Assembly (NCBI GenBank): GCA_028749235.1
Contig: JAQULS010000002.1
Coordinates: 1-52,112, forward strand
Length of the DNA stretch: 52,112 nt
Origin: Acidobacteriota bacterium
GTDB lineage: Bacteria > Acidobacteriota > Aminicenantia > Aminicenantales > UBA4085
Reading direction: 5' to 3'
The notes under the pieces were generated by a model. The model was not told the origin of the DNA, made no database searches, and saw nothing but the letters and a program-made list of their open reading frames with translations. Shown here piece after piece: positions 9,138 to 18,041 of this stretch. A program made the position numbers and the translations under genes. Each line of letters begins with the position of its first letter. The first letter of the stretch is position 1.

Positions 9138-9251
9138 ATGAACGCGCTGAATTCCCATTTTGGAATGCCCCTTCCGGCCCGGTTTTCGATATGCTCATAA
9201 GAGCGCATTGGAACCCATCAACCTTGGGATGAGAATTGGAGGAACAAAATC

Positions 9252-9425
9252 ATGAAGAAAAATGAAGAGAAGAAGGGCCTGTTTGCACGCTTGATCGGAC
9301 GCTCAAAAACAAAGTCAAGCCCTTGTTGCGGCGGCGCGGTCAACGAAGCGACGCCTGAAGAAAACAAAGACGGCAAGGAAGAAGGGAAAGCCCCTAAAGA
9401 CAAAAAGCCTTGCTGCTGCGGATGA
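9252..9425 (+). CDS. Unannotated 57-aa Lys/Glu-rich peptide with CC and CCC clusters
   Basis: ATG preceded by GGAGGA (9238-9243, 8-nt spacing). Translation is MKKNEEKKGLFARLIGRSKTKSSPCCGGAVNEATPEENKDGKEEGKAPKDKKPCCCG. Below the 60-aa cutoff of the ORF track. Confidence 0.5.
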   Translation: MKKNEEKKGLFARLIGRSKTKSSPCCGGAVNEATPEENKDGKEEGKAPKDKKPCCCG

Positions 9426-9515
9426 TAGGGGGTCAGAGCGCTTTTTTCCATTCACTGAGAAAACTCCTGTTGCGAAGCGTCTCTCAAGTGACGCCGCAAA
9501 GCGAGGAGGTTTCCC

Positions 9516-9791
9516 ATGGTCGATCCGCGCCTGCCCTTCCCCACCCGCAAGGTTGCCGTCCCGGACGGTTCGGTGGAGGTCTACATCATCCCCGACGACC
9601 AGAGAGAGGCCGTGTTCAAGAAGCTCTACCCGTTCCGACCGATTCCGCCCTTGAACAGGACCGTGGAGGATATCCACGCCGAAAAGAAATTCAAGATCAA
9701 GGATTTCATAGTCGTTCGCGAAGGCAGCATGAATATGCTGGTCAGCCCTTACTATTTCGAGAGCGGCGGATCGGTCATCGACTGGTTATAG
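9516..9791 (+). CDS. Hypothetical protein (91 aa)
   Basis: Strong GAGGAGG RBS and non-artefactual composition. No motif that I recognise. Confidence 0.55.
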   Translation: MVDPRLPFPTRKVAVPDGSVEVYIIPDDQREAVFKKLYPFRPIPPLNRTVEDIHAEKKFKIKDFIVVREGSMNMLVSPYYFESGGSVIDWL

Positions 9792-9808
9792 TTACGGCGT
9801 CAAAGCCA

Positions 9809-9837
9809 TTGACATATTAACATATCGCGAATATGCT
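9809..9837 (+). promoter_or_regulatory. Sigma-70-like promoter of vapBC
   Basis: TTGACA (9809-9814), 17-nt spacer, TATGCT (9832-9837). The vapB ATG at 9845 lies 7 nt after the -10 box. Confidence 0.45.
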
Positions 9838-9844
9838 TATATGC

Positions 9845-10072
9845 ATGAGAACCACCCTGAACATCGATGACTCCGTCATGAGACGCTTGAAACAGGAAGC
9901 GGCCCGCCGGGGGACAACGATGTCGGAATTGATGGAATCCGCCCTCCGGCTTCTGCTGCGAGAAGAAAGACGGCATGTCGAATTGCCTCCAATCCCCACT
10001 TTCCACCTCGGCGGCGAACTCGTGGATATCGCCGACCGCGACGCTCTCTATGACGCCATGGAAGGCCTCTGA
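9845..10072 (+). CDS. vapB: Type II antitoxin VapB (RHH-like)
   Basis: MRTTLNIDDSVMRRLKQEAARRGTTMSELMESALRLLL is typical of this antitoxin family. Overlaps the vapC start. Confidence 0.75.
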   Translation: MRTTLNIDDSVMRRLKQEAARRGTTMSELMESALRLLLREERRHVELPPIPTFHLGGELVDIADRDALYDAMEGL

Positions 10073-10506
10073 TGTTCGTCGTCGATACGAACATCCTCGT
10101 TTATGCGGTCAACGAAAATTCCCCGTTTCAGAAAGCCTGCGGGGAGCGAATCGCGGAGTGGCAAGGACAGGATTCGGCCTGGTATCTGACCTGGGGAATC
10201 GTCTACGAATTTCTTCGGGTCGTGACCCATCCGAGAATTTTTCAGAATCCGCTTTCGGCAGGCCCGGCTTGGAGTTTTATCGAATCTCTCCTGGCCTCCC
10301 CCTCGCTCGACATGCTCGTCCCAACGAATAGGCACGCCACGATCTTGGCCCAGGTTCTGGCCCAAGCGCCGCTCTTGAAGGGAAATATTATTCACGACGC
10401 CCATACGGCGACCCTAATGCGGGAGCACGGAATCCGCCGCATCTACACCCGCGACACGGACTTCCACCGCTTCGCCTTCCTCGAACCCGTCGATCCGACG
10501 GCCTGA
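10072..10506 (+). CDS. vapC: PIN-domain toxin VapC
   Basis: MFVVDTNILVYA N-terminus plus conserved acidic residues (DAHTATL...YTRDTDF). Confidence 0.85.
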   Translation: MFVVDTNILVYAVNENSPFQKACGERIAEWQGQDSAWYLTWGIVYEFLRVVTHPRIFQNPLSAGPAWSFIESLLASPSLDMLVPTNRHATILAQVLAQAPLLKGNIIHDAHTATLMREHGIRRIYTRDTDFHRFAFLEPVDPTA

Positions 10507-10551
10507 GCCGGCCCCGGCGGGACGGATGGGACTTCTGCACACGTCCTTGCG

Positions 10552-10573
10552 GGCCCGCTTTCGCGGGCCTTTT
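10552..10573 (+). terminator. Rho-independent terminator after vapC
   Basis: GGCCCGC-TTTC-GCGGGCC hairpin followed by TTTT. Confidence 0.6.
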
Positions 10574-10577
10574 AATA

Positions 10578-10838
10578 GTGAGCGCTTTGGCTCACGGCAG
10601 AGGCTTCTTGCCGATGATCGCGGCCTCGTTCGGGCTCTTTTCGGCCGCGGCCGGAGTCATGGCCTTTGTCATCTTCTATAGCGAGTCCAGCCGCCATTTT
10701 ACCGATCGCGGGAAAGCCCGCCGCGCCGCCCTCCGAGGCGGGGCAGCCGCCTTTATCTTCTTCATGGCCCTGATGATTATCGTGACCATCTTGATCGGTA
10801 CCGAACCGATCCGGAGGGCGGTTTTCGGGCCGAATTGA
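10578..10838 (+). CDS. Small two-TM membrane protein (hypothetical)
   Basis: Two hydrophobic helices. The GTG start directly follows a terminator and no promoter is seen, so the start (alternative ATG at 10614) and reality of the gene are uncertain. Confidence 0.35.
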   Translation: MSALAHGRGFLPMIAASFGLFSAAAGVMAFVIFYSESSRHFTDRGKARRAALRGGAAAFIFFMALMIIVTILIGTEPIRRAVFGPN

Positions 10839-10863
10839 CAAATCCCCCATTTTCCACTAAATT
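10835..10863 (+). promoter_or_regulatory. Sigma-70-like promoter upstream of the DUF948-like gene
   Basis: TTGACA (10835-10840), 17-nt spacer, TAAATT (10858-10863). ATG at 10873 with no SD in between. Confidence 0.4.
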
Positions 10864-10872
10864 TAATATACT

Positions 10873-11244
10873 ATGCCCCTCACTTTGAACCAGATCTTGT
10901 TCATTATTCTGACGATCGCCGCCGTGGTGGCCGTCGTCTTCCTCGTCCAACTGTTCATCCAGCTTCGCAAGACCGCCGCCGAGGCGGAAAAGACCATGGT
11001 CGAGGTCCGGGCCTTGGCCAAGAACATGGGCGACTTGGAAATCACGGTCCGCAACCGGGTCGATGAGATGGGCGACACGATCAAGATCGCCCGCAAAGCC
11101 GCCCTGGGCCTGTCCGAGGCCTCCCTGCGGCTGACTTCGAAATGGCTGCCGTTTCCGGGAAAATATCTGCCGATGATCCTACCGGTGGTCCATTTTCTCA
11201 TGAAATCAAGAAAGGCAAATAAGGAGAAAGCTCATGTCGAATGA
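10873..11244 (+). CDS. DUF948-like membrane-anchored coiled-coil stress protein
   Basis: N-terminal TM helix (ILFIILTIAAVVAVVFLVQLF) followed by a helical region. Pairs with the YtxH-like gene. Confidence 0.65.
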   Translation: MPLTLNQILFIILTIAAVVAVVFLVQLFIQLRKTAAEAEKTMVEVRALAKNMGDLEITVRNRVDEMGDTIKIARKAALGLSEASLRLTSKWLPFPGKYLPMILPVVHFLMKSRKANKEKAHVE

Positions 11245-11560
11245 AAAAGGGTCGGCTTTCGAAGCCATGGTTTCCTTCATCATCGGCGCCGCCGCCGGCT
11301 TCGTCTGCGGCGTCCTGTTCGCCCCCGCCAGCGGCAAGGAAACACGCCAAAAACTCCAGGACGAGATCGAAAAGACCGGCGACAAGGCCAAGGACAACTA
11401 CGAGAAGATCTCCAAGGAAGCCGAGAAGGGCATCAAGGTCGTCCGGGAAAAGACCCAGGAAAGCCTGGAAGCCATTCGCGAGTTCATCGACAAGAAGAAG
11501 GACGAGTTCCTCAAGCGCGGGCCCGAGGCCATGACCGACGACGAATCGGCCAAAGTCTGA
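11234..11560 (+). CDS. YtxH-domain general stress-like protein
   Basis: FIIGAAAGFVCGVLFAPASGKETRQKL motif, then a charged helical tail. Confidence 0.75.
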   Translation: MSNEKGSAFEAMVSFIIGAAAGFVCGVLFAPASGKETRQKLQDEIEKTGDKAKDNYEKISKEAEKGIKVVREKTQESLEAIREFIDKKKDEFLKRGPEAMTDDESAKV

Positions 11561-11613
11561 ACCGGCCCCGTCCGGCCGTCCTTTTCCATATCCTCCATGA
11601 AAGGTGATGCGTT

Positions 11614-12909
11614 ATGAGCGACACGACTATTCTGGACGTAAAAGCCCGCGAGATCCTCGATTCCCGCGGCAATCCGACCGTGGCCGCCAAGGTCGTCCTC
11701 AAGGACGGCACCGTGGGCAAGGCCCTGGTTCCCTCCGGAGCCTCCACCGGCGCGCACGAAGCCCTCGAGCTTCGCGACGAAGATCCGGCCCGCTATCTGG
11801 GCAAGGGCGTGCGCAAGGCCGTGGCCCACGTCAACGACGTCATCGCGCCGAAGCTCCGCGGCCTGGACGCCCGGAAGCAAAAGGAGATCGATGCCCTCCT
11901 GTTGTCCCTTGACGGGACGCCGCTCAAGACGAACCTGGGCGCCAACGCCATCCTGTCCGTCTCGATGGCCGTCGCCGATGCCGTCGCCAAGGCCGACCGG
12001 CTTCCCCTATACGCCTCGCTGCGCGAGCGGCCGAGCTACGTCCTGCCGGTCCCGATGATCAACATCCTCAACGGCGGCGCCCACGCCGACAACAGCGTCG
12101 ACATTCAGGAGTTCATGATCGTCCCGGCCGGTCTGCCGACCTTCGCCGAGGCCATCCGGGCCGCGGCCGAGGTCTTCCACAACCTCAAGAAGATCCTCAA
12201 GAAAAAGGGCTACGGCACGGCCGTCGGCGACGAGGGCGGCTTCGCGCCCAACCTGAAGTCGAACGAGGAAGCGATCGAATGCATCGTCGAGAGCATCCGG
12301 AAGGCCGGATACGAGCCCGGCAAGCACGTTTTTCTGGCCCTCGACTCGGCCGCCTCGTCGTTCTTCAAAAACGGGCAATACGTCTTCCATAAATCCGACC
12401 AATCGGTCCGAACGTCGGCCCAGATGATCGACTTCTACGCCGGACTGATCGCGAATCACCCGATCATCTCCATCGAGGACGGCCTGGCCGAGGACGACTG
12501 GGACGGCTGGAAGGCCATGACCGAAGCCCTGGGCCGGAAGATCCAGATCGTCGGCGACGACATCTTTGTCACCAACATGAGCCGCTTCCGGGACGGCGTC
12601 GCCCGCGGCATCGCCAACTCCATCTTGATCAAGCTGAACCAGATCGGCAGCCTGACCGAGACCATCGAGGCCGTCGATTACGCCCACGCCCACGACTACT
12701 CGGCGGTCATCTCCCACCGCTCGGGCGAGACCGAAGACACCTTCATCGCCGACCTGGTCGTCGCCTTGAGCACCGGCCAGATCAAGACCGGCTCGGTCTG
12801 CCGCAGCGAGCGGGTGGCCAAGTACAACCGGCTGATGGAGATCGAGGACGAGCTGGGCCCCAAGGCGTCGTACGCCGGGCTCAAGGCTTTCGCCAAGTTC
12901 CTGCGCTGA
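11614..12909 (+). CDS. eno: Enolase (phosphopyruvate hydratase)
   Basis: Full-length match to enolase hallmarks: [34 protein letters not shown]. Confidence 0.97.
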   Translation: MSDTTILDVKAREILDSRGNPTVAAKVVLKDGTVGKALVPSGASTGAHEALELRDEDPARYLGKGVRKAVAHVNDVIAPKLRGLDARKQKEIDALLLSLDGTPLKTNLGANAILSVSMAVADAVAKADRLPLYASLRERPSYVLPVPMINILNGGAHADNSVDIQEFMIVPAGLPTFAEAIRAAAEVFHNLKKILKKKGYGTAVGDEGGFAPNLKSNEEAIECIVESIRKAGYEPGKHVFLALDSAASSFFKNGQYVFHKSDQSVRTSAQMIDFYAGLIANHPIISIEDGLAEDDWDGWKAMTEALGRKIQIVGDDIFVTNMSRFRDGVARGIANSILIKLNQIGSLTETIEAVDYAHAHDYSAVISHRSGETEDTFIADLVVALSTGQIKTGSVCRSERVAKYNRLMEIEDELGPKASYAGLKAFAKFLR

Positions 12910-12933
12910 TCGCGCCGTTAAAAGAGACGTCCA

Positions 12934-12980
12934 AGCCCCGCCTTCGTTCCCCCGCCGGGACCGAGGACGGGGCTTTTTTT
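12934..12980 (+). terminator. Terminator hairpin between convergent eno and ogt
   Basis: AGCCCCGCCTTCG ... CGAGGACGGGGCT long stem followed by TTTTTTT. Overlaps the ogt stop. Confidence 0.6.
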
Positions 12981-13458
12981 ATGCGAACAGCGGGCCGCCG
13001 CCTTTCTCATGGCGGAGCAGCCATTCCTTGCGCTCGAGGCCGCCGCCGTACCCCGTCAGGCGGCCGTCCGAGCCTATCACCCGGTGGCAAGGGATGATGA
13101 TGGAGATGGGATTGGCCCCGTTGGCGGCCCCGACCGCGCGCACCGCCTCCGGCCGGCCTACGGCGGCCGCGATGTCCTTGTACGACGCGGTTTGGCCGTA
13201 GGGAATCCGGCCCAAGGCCTTCCAGACGTCCTTCTGAAAAGGCGTTCCGGCCGGCCGCAGAGCCAGCTTGAACATCGTCCGGCGGCCCAGAAAATACTCG
13301 TCGATTTGGCGGATCGCGTCGCGCAGAACGCCGGGGAGAGGATCCGACGGCCGGCCGACATGGCCCGCGAAGACGAGCCCGGTCAGGGCTTCGTCCTCCG
13401 CCGCGATTCGAATCAAGCCGATGGGAGAGTGATAAAAAGCGGCTTTCACGGCGTCCAT
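12979..13458 (-). CDS. ogt: Methylated-DNA--protein-cysteine methyltransferase
   Basis: Active-site IIPCHRVIG motif and DNA-binding region YGQTASYKDIA. Confidence 0.9.
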   Translation of the reverse strand: MDAVKAAFYHSPIGLIRIAAEDEALTGLVFAGHVGRPSDPLPGVLRDAIRQIDEYFLGRRTMFKLALRPAGTPFQKDVWKALGRIPYGQTASYKDIAAAVGRPEAVRAVGAANGANPISIIIPCHRVIGSDGRLTGYGGGLERKEWLLRHEKGGGPLFA

Positions 13459-13575
13459 AAAGATGTCCTCCGGTCCGCGCTTGGGAGCCCTTGGCTCAGG
13501 ACTGAAGCATACACCGGCGGCAGCTTATTCGCCATCCCATTGATCCCTTGCCGGGCCCGCGGCGGGAGCGGAAAT

Positions 13576-13604
13576 TTGACAAAAACGATCTCAGGCCCTA
13601 ATAT
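13576..13604 (+). promoter_or_regulatory. Near-consensus sigma-70 promoter of the M20 gene
   Basis: TTGACA (13576-13581), 17-nt spacer, TAATAT (13599-13604). GTG start at 13613, 8 nt after the -10 box. Confidence 0.5.
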
Positions 13605-13612
13605 GGATCACT

Positions 13613-14899
13613 GTGTCGAACTTCGGGAAACGACTGATATGCCTGCTTTTATCAGCCGGCTTCCTGTCCCTGCCCGGGCTTCCGGCGCAGAAGCCGACAT
13701 CCGCCGACATCGACCGGGAAATCGAGGCAATCCGGGCCGACCTGATCAATATCAGGCGGTTTATCCATATGAATCCCAGGCTCCCGGGCGACGAGGATGA
13801 AATCGTCAAGCTGGTCAGCGGCCGCCTCCAATCGCTCGGCCTGGAAGTCCTCAACAGCCAGGGCCGCCCCGGCATCGTCGGACTCCTGCGCGGCAACCTG
13901 CCGGGATCCTGGATCGCCATGCGGGCCGGCTTGAGGGCCGATCCCATCCAGGAAACGGTCGACGTCCCGTTCAAGTCCCTCAATCCCGGGATCATGCACG
14001 CCTCCGGGTGCGACATCGAAATGACCATCGCCCTGGGCACGGCCATCATCCTGTCCGCCTTCAGGGACCAGATCGGCGGCGGCGTGAAGTTCATCTTCCA
14101 ACCGGGCGCGCACGACGGGGCCAGCGGGGCCGAGCTGATGATCGCGGACGGAGCGCTCGATGATCCCCCCGTGGCGGCCGTCTTCGGCTTGGGCTTGTCC
14201 ACCGATGTCCTGGGGCACGCCTACCTGGCGCCCGGCCCTTTTTTAGCCGCTTCCGACTCGTTCCATGTCCAGGTCCGGGGGCGGACATCCGCCGATTCCT
14301 CGGCCAGGGGGGGAGACGCCGTAGCCCTGGCCGCCCACATCATCACGGCCCTGCAAACCCTTGTCGACCGCCAGACCGGGGCCTCCGATCCGGCCCAGAT
14401 CTCAATCGGGCGCATCGAGGGGGGAAACCGGCCCGACACCGTCGCCGACCAGGTCTCCTTCGACGGCGTTCTGCGGACCTTGAGCGAGGCCAATCGCACC
14501 CGCTTGCCCCAGGCCATGGAGACGCTCGCCCGGGGCATGGCCCAGTCGCTGGGCGGCGACGCCGTCTTCACCTTCGAGCCGGGGATTCCAATCGTCTACA
14601 ACCATCCGGATCTGCTGGCCTTGATGCGCCCGGCGTTCGACGATGCGCTCGGCGAGAAAAAGCTCGTCGAGATCAAGCCGCAGATGTCTTCCGACGATTT
14701 CGGCCGGTACGCCCAGCGGGTCCCGTCCCTCTATTTTTGGCTCGGCTCCCGCAATCCCCGCCTGGGCCCGGCGGCTTCTCTCCGTTCGCCGGCCTTCAAT
14801 CCCGATGAGAGGACGATCACCGTCGGCATCAAGCTGATGGTCCACCTGCTCCTGGACTGCCTGGACAAGCAGGGGCGGACGGCTTACTCGACCCGCTAG
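13613..14899 (+). CDS. M20-family amidohydrolase (aminoacylase/hippurate-hydrolase-like), secreted
   Basis: Signal-like N-terminus. M20D-like layout (IHMNPRLPGDE..., HASGCD, dimerisation insert). Confidence 0.8.
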   Translation: MSNFGKRLICLLLSAGFLSLPGLPAQKPTSADIDREIEAIRADLINIRRFIHMNPRLPGDEDEIVKLVSGRLQSLGLEVLNSQGRPGIVGLLRGNLPGSWIAMRAGLRADPIQETVDVPFKSLNPGIMHASGCDIEMTIALGTAIILSAFRDQIGGGVKFIFQPGAHDGASGAELMIADGALDDPPVAAVFGLGLSTDVLGHAYLAPGPFLAASDSFHVQVRGRTSADSSARGGDAVALAAHIITALQTLVDRQTGASDPAQISIGRIEGGNRPDTVADQVSFDGVLRTLSEANRTRLPQAMETLARGMAQSLGGDAVFTFEPGIPIVYNHPDLLALMRPAFDDALGEKKLVEIKPQMSSDDFGRYAQRVPSLYFWLGSRNPRLGPAASLRSPAFNPDERTITVGIKLMVHLLLDCLDKQGRTAYSTR

Positions 14900-14916
14900 C
14901 TTCTCGAAGCTCCGTT

Positions 14917-17295
14917 TTGTTTCATCCCCTCCTGCCGCTGGCCCTGGCCTTCATCGCCGGCATCCTGATCGGGAGCGCGATGAAAAGCCCCGCGGCCGCG
15001 TTCCTGGCGTTTGCGGCCGCCTGCCTCGGCCTGGGATGGCGGGCTTATCGGCGCGGCCGCCACGGACGGGCCGCGGCGGCCGCCCTGGCCGCCTGCGCCG
15101 CGCTGGGGGCGGCCCTCTGCATGGACGCGGAAACCCGCTTCGCCTCCCATCCCCTGCGTTCGCTCCCGGCCGGCGCCTCCGTGGAGCTTAACGGCGTCCT
15201 GGCCCGGACGCCGTCATTCGGCCTGGATACCGATCGGATCTTCCTGCGCGTCGAGAAAGCGGAGCTGGCCGGCCGGGTGGTCCGCGTTACCGGCCTGGCC
15301 CGCGTCACGGTGCCCCGGACGCCCTTCTCGAGCCGCCTCCGGTCCTATCGCACCGGCGACCGACTGCTCCTCGCGGCGACGGTTCTGCCGCCGCGCGAAT
15401 TCGCCAACTTCGGCCGCCCCTTCTCGGAGCGCTATCTGCGGACCCAGGGGCTTCACCTTTTGGCCTCGGTCAAGAGCCCCCTTCTCATCGAACGGACGGA
15501 GGCCGCGCCCCGGTGCTCTCCGGCGCGCCTGATCTCCGGGCTGCGACGATCCTTCCTGGATGTCGTGGGGGTGGGTTTCGCGGATCCGAAAGCGCCCGGG
15601 GGAGTCCGGCCGGAGGGGGCGGTCCTGGAGGCGCTTCTCCTGGGCGAGCGCGGCCGCATGGACGAGACGATGACCCGCTCTTTGCAAGCCACCGGCCTGT
15701 TCCACCTGATCGCCATTTCCGGGGCCCATATCGGCATCATCGCCGCCTTTCTTTTCGCCGTTCTGCGGGCCGCCCGGGTCCGCGACCGGACGGCCTCCCT
15801 TATCCTGATCGGCGTTCTCGTCTTCTACGGCTTCCTGGTCGAAGGCCGGGCCTCGGTCGTGCGCGCCGTCGTCATGGCCGTCCTGTATCTCGCCGGACGC
15901 CTTCTCTGGAAGGACGTCGGCCTGCTCAACACCCTGGCGGCCAGCGCCCTCCTCCTCCTGGCCGTGGATCCTGTTCAACTCTTCGACCAGGGCTTCACCC
16001 TGACCTTCGCCGCGACCCTGGCCATCCTCCTTTTCTACCAGCCGATACGGAAGCGGATGCCCCGGCTCCCGCTGAAGCTCGGCGAGTCGGCGGCCTTGTC
16101 GCTATCCGCCCAAATCGGGGTTCTGCCGCTCACCGTCGCCGCCTTCCATCGCGTGGCCTTGTCCGCGATTCCCCTCAACTTCATCGCCGTCCCTCTCGTC
16201 AGCGTCATCATGGCGGCGGGCTATGTGTATCTTCCGCTCGGCCTTCTGGGCTCCGGCCCGGCCCGGCTGGGCGGGGCTGCGCTCCGGCCGCTGGTCTCAC
16301 TTTTCATCCGGTCGCTCGGGCTCCTGGACGGCATTCCGATCCTCTCGTATCGCGTGCCGACGCTCCCCGGCTGGACGGCCTGGGTCTATGCGGCTTCCTA
16401 CCTGGCCCTGCTCTGGCCCGCGCGGACCCGCCCGCGACGCCTGGCGGCTGCCGCGGCCGCCGCGCTGTCCACCCTGTTCATCATCCTTGTTCCGTTCCCC
16501 GCCAGGGCGCGCGGCTTTCGGGTCACGATTTTCGACGTCGGGCAAGGAGACTCGATCCTGGTCGAGCTTCCGGGATCGCCGCCGCTTCTCATCGACGGCG
16601 GCGGATCGGCCTACGGGAGCTTCGACATCGGCGAAAACGTCGTCTCGCCGGCCCTTTGGGATCGCCACATCCGTCGGCTCGGAGCGGTCGTTTTAACCCA
16701 TGCCCATCCCGATCACCGGCGCGGTCTCCTGGCCGTGGCCCGGAACTTCCGGGTCCGCGAATTCTGGGAGGCACCCGGCGGCCCGCGCGATGAGGAGGCG
16801 GATTCACTCGACAAGGCGCTCCGCGGTACCGCACGCTGGACCTTGACGGCCGGAGCGATCCGGCGAATCGGCGCCGCGACGATCGAAGTCCTCTCGCCCG
16901 AGGGAGAGGCTTCTCCTCGCGGCGGCGACGAAAACGACCGTTCTCTCGTTCTGCGCCTGACCTACGGACGGACGGTCTTTCTCTTTCCGGGAGACATCGG
17001 CTCCGGCGTGGAAGCGCGCCTTGTCCGCTCCGGCCGGATGCTCCGGGCGGACGTCCTCAAGGCGCCTCATCACGGCAGCCGAACGTCAAATTCGCGGGAC
17101 TTCCTGGCGGCCGCGGCCCCGCGGCTTATCGTCATCACCGCCGGCCGGGGCAATCCGTTCCGGTTGCCCCACCCCGAAGCGCTGGCCCGACTGGAGGAGA
17201 CGGGGGCAAGAATCCTGCGAACCGATTCCCGGGGAGCCGTGGAGATCCGCTCGGACGGCAAGAACATCAGCATCCGGGCAGCGAGGGATCCTTGA
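14917..17295 (+). CDS. comEC: DNA internalization competence protein ComEC/Rec2 with C-terminal MBL domain
   Basis: Competence-domain LIAISGAHIGII in a polytopic core. C-terminal metallo-beta-lactamase HAHPDHRRG and APHHGS. TTG start is uncertain. Confidence 0.85.
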   Translation: MFHPLLPLALAFIAGILIGSAMKSPAAAFLAFAAACLGLGWRAYRRGRHGRAAAAALAACAALGAALCMDAETRFASHPLRSLPAGASVELNGVLARTPSFGLDTDRIFLRVEKAELAGRVVRVTGLARVTVPRTPFSSRLRSYRTGDRLLLAATVLPPREFANFGRPFSERYLRTQGLHLLASVKSPLLIERTEAAPRCSPARLISGLRRSFLDVVGVGFADPKAPGGVRPEGAVLEALLLGERGRMDETMTRSLQATGLFHLIAISGAHIGIIAAFLFAVLRAARVRDRTASLILIGVLVFYGFLVEGRASVVRAVVMAVLYLAGRLLWKDVGLLNTLAASALLLLAVDPVQLFDQGFTLTFAATLAILLFYQPIRKRMPRLPLKLGESAALSLSAQIGVLPLTVAAFHRVALSAIPLNFIAVPLVSVIMAAGYVYLPLGLLGSGPARLGGAALRPLVSLFIRSLGLLDGIPILSYRVPTLPGWTAWVYAASYLALLWPARTRPRRLAAAAAAALSTLFIILVPFPARARGFRVTIFDVGQGDSILVELPGSPPLLIDGGGSAYGSFDIGENVVSPALWDRHIRRLGAVVLTHAHPDHRRGLLAVARNFRVREFWEAPGGPRDEEADSLDKALRGTARWTLTAGAIRRIGAATIEVLSPEGEASPRGGDENDRSLVLRLTYGRTVFLFPGDIGSGVEARLVRSGRMLRADVLKAPHHGSRTSNSRDFLAAAAPRLIVITAGRGNPFRLPHPEALARLEETGARILRTDSRGAVEIRSDGKNISIRAARDP

Positions 17296-17396
17296 TCCCG
17301 AGCACCCTCGCGAAGACTTTCGAAACGACTGTCTTTTCGAGGGCGGCGAGGGATCCGGCCGTTGACAAGCCGCCGGGACGGGGATATCCTCGAATC

Positions 17397-17999
17397 ATGG
17401 TTCCGACGCGCAAGGCCGCGGCTTGGCTGACGGTCGTCTGGCTGGCCGCCGGGTCCCTGTTCGGCCAAAATCTGGTCGAAACCGCCCGCAGGGAAAAGGC
17501 GCGGCGCGAAGCCTCCAAGAAACAGACGGCCACGGCCGTCACCAACGCCGATCTCACCCGGGCCAAGAAGAAGCCGGCCATGACCACGCTGCCGGCCGCA
17601 AAGGCCGCCGCCGGCGAGGAGGAGTTTTCCTCCCCCGACCAGGCGCCCCCTTCGGCCGTCGCCGCGCCCAGCGCCGTTCCCGCGCCCCAAAGCGCGACCG
17701 ATGCCGCCTCGGAATCGGCTCCCAACTTCGATCAAAAGAAGGCCGAGCTCACGACCGCCCAGGAACGGGCCCAAGAGCGGGCCGAGCTCCTGGACCTGAA
17801 AATGAGGGCCCTCAACCAACAGATGATGACCTTCGACAGCATGGCCACCAAGGACCAGATCCAAAGGGCCATCGCCGAGACGTACCAAAAGCTGCTGGAT
17901 GCCCGGGCCGAGGCGGTCAAGGCGAAGGAAGCGCTGGAAAAGTTCCTCAATCAATCGGCTTCGGCCGGGACGTCGCCCCTCTGGATCAAGACGCCCTGA
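17397..17999 (+). CDS. Secreted coiled-coil protein (hypothetical)
   Basis: Signal peptide MVPTRKAAAWLTVVWLAAGSLFG, an Ala/Pro-rich linker and a C-terminal heptad-like region. Confidence 0.55.
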   Translation: MVPTRKAAAWLTVVWLAAGSLFGQNLVETARREKARREASKKQTATAVTNADLTRAKKKPAMTTLPAAKAAAGEEEFSSPDQAPPSAVAAPSAVPAPQSATDAASESAPNFDQKKAELTTAQERAQERAELLDLKMRALNQQMMTFDSMATKDQIQRAIAETYQKLLDARAEAVKAKEALEKFLNQSASAGTSPLWIKTP

Positions 18000-18041
18000 A
18001 AAGAAAAGACCCTCTCCCGATTTCGGGAAAAAGATTAAAAA

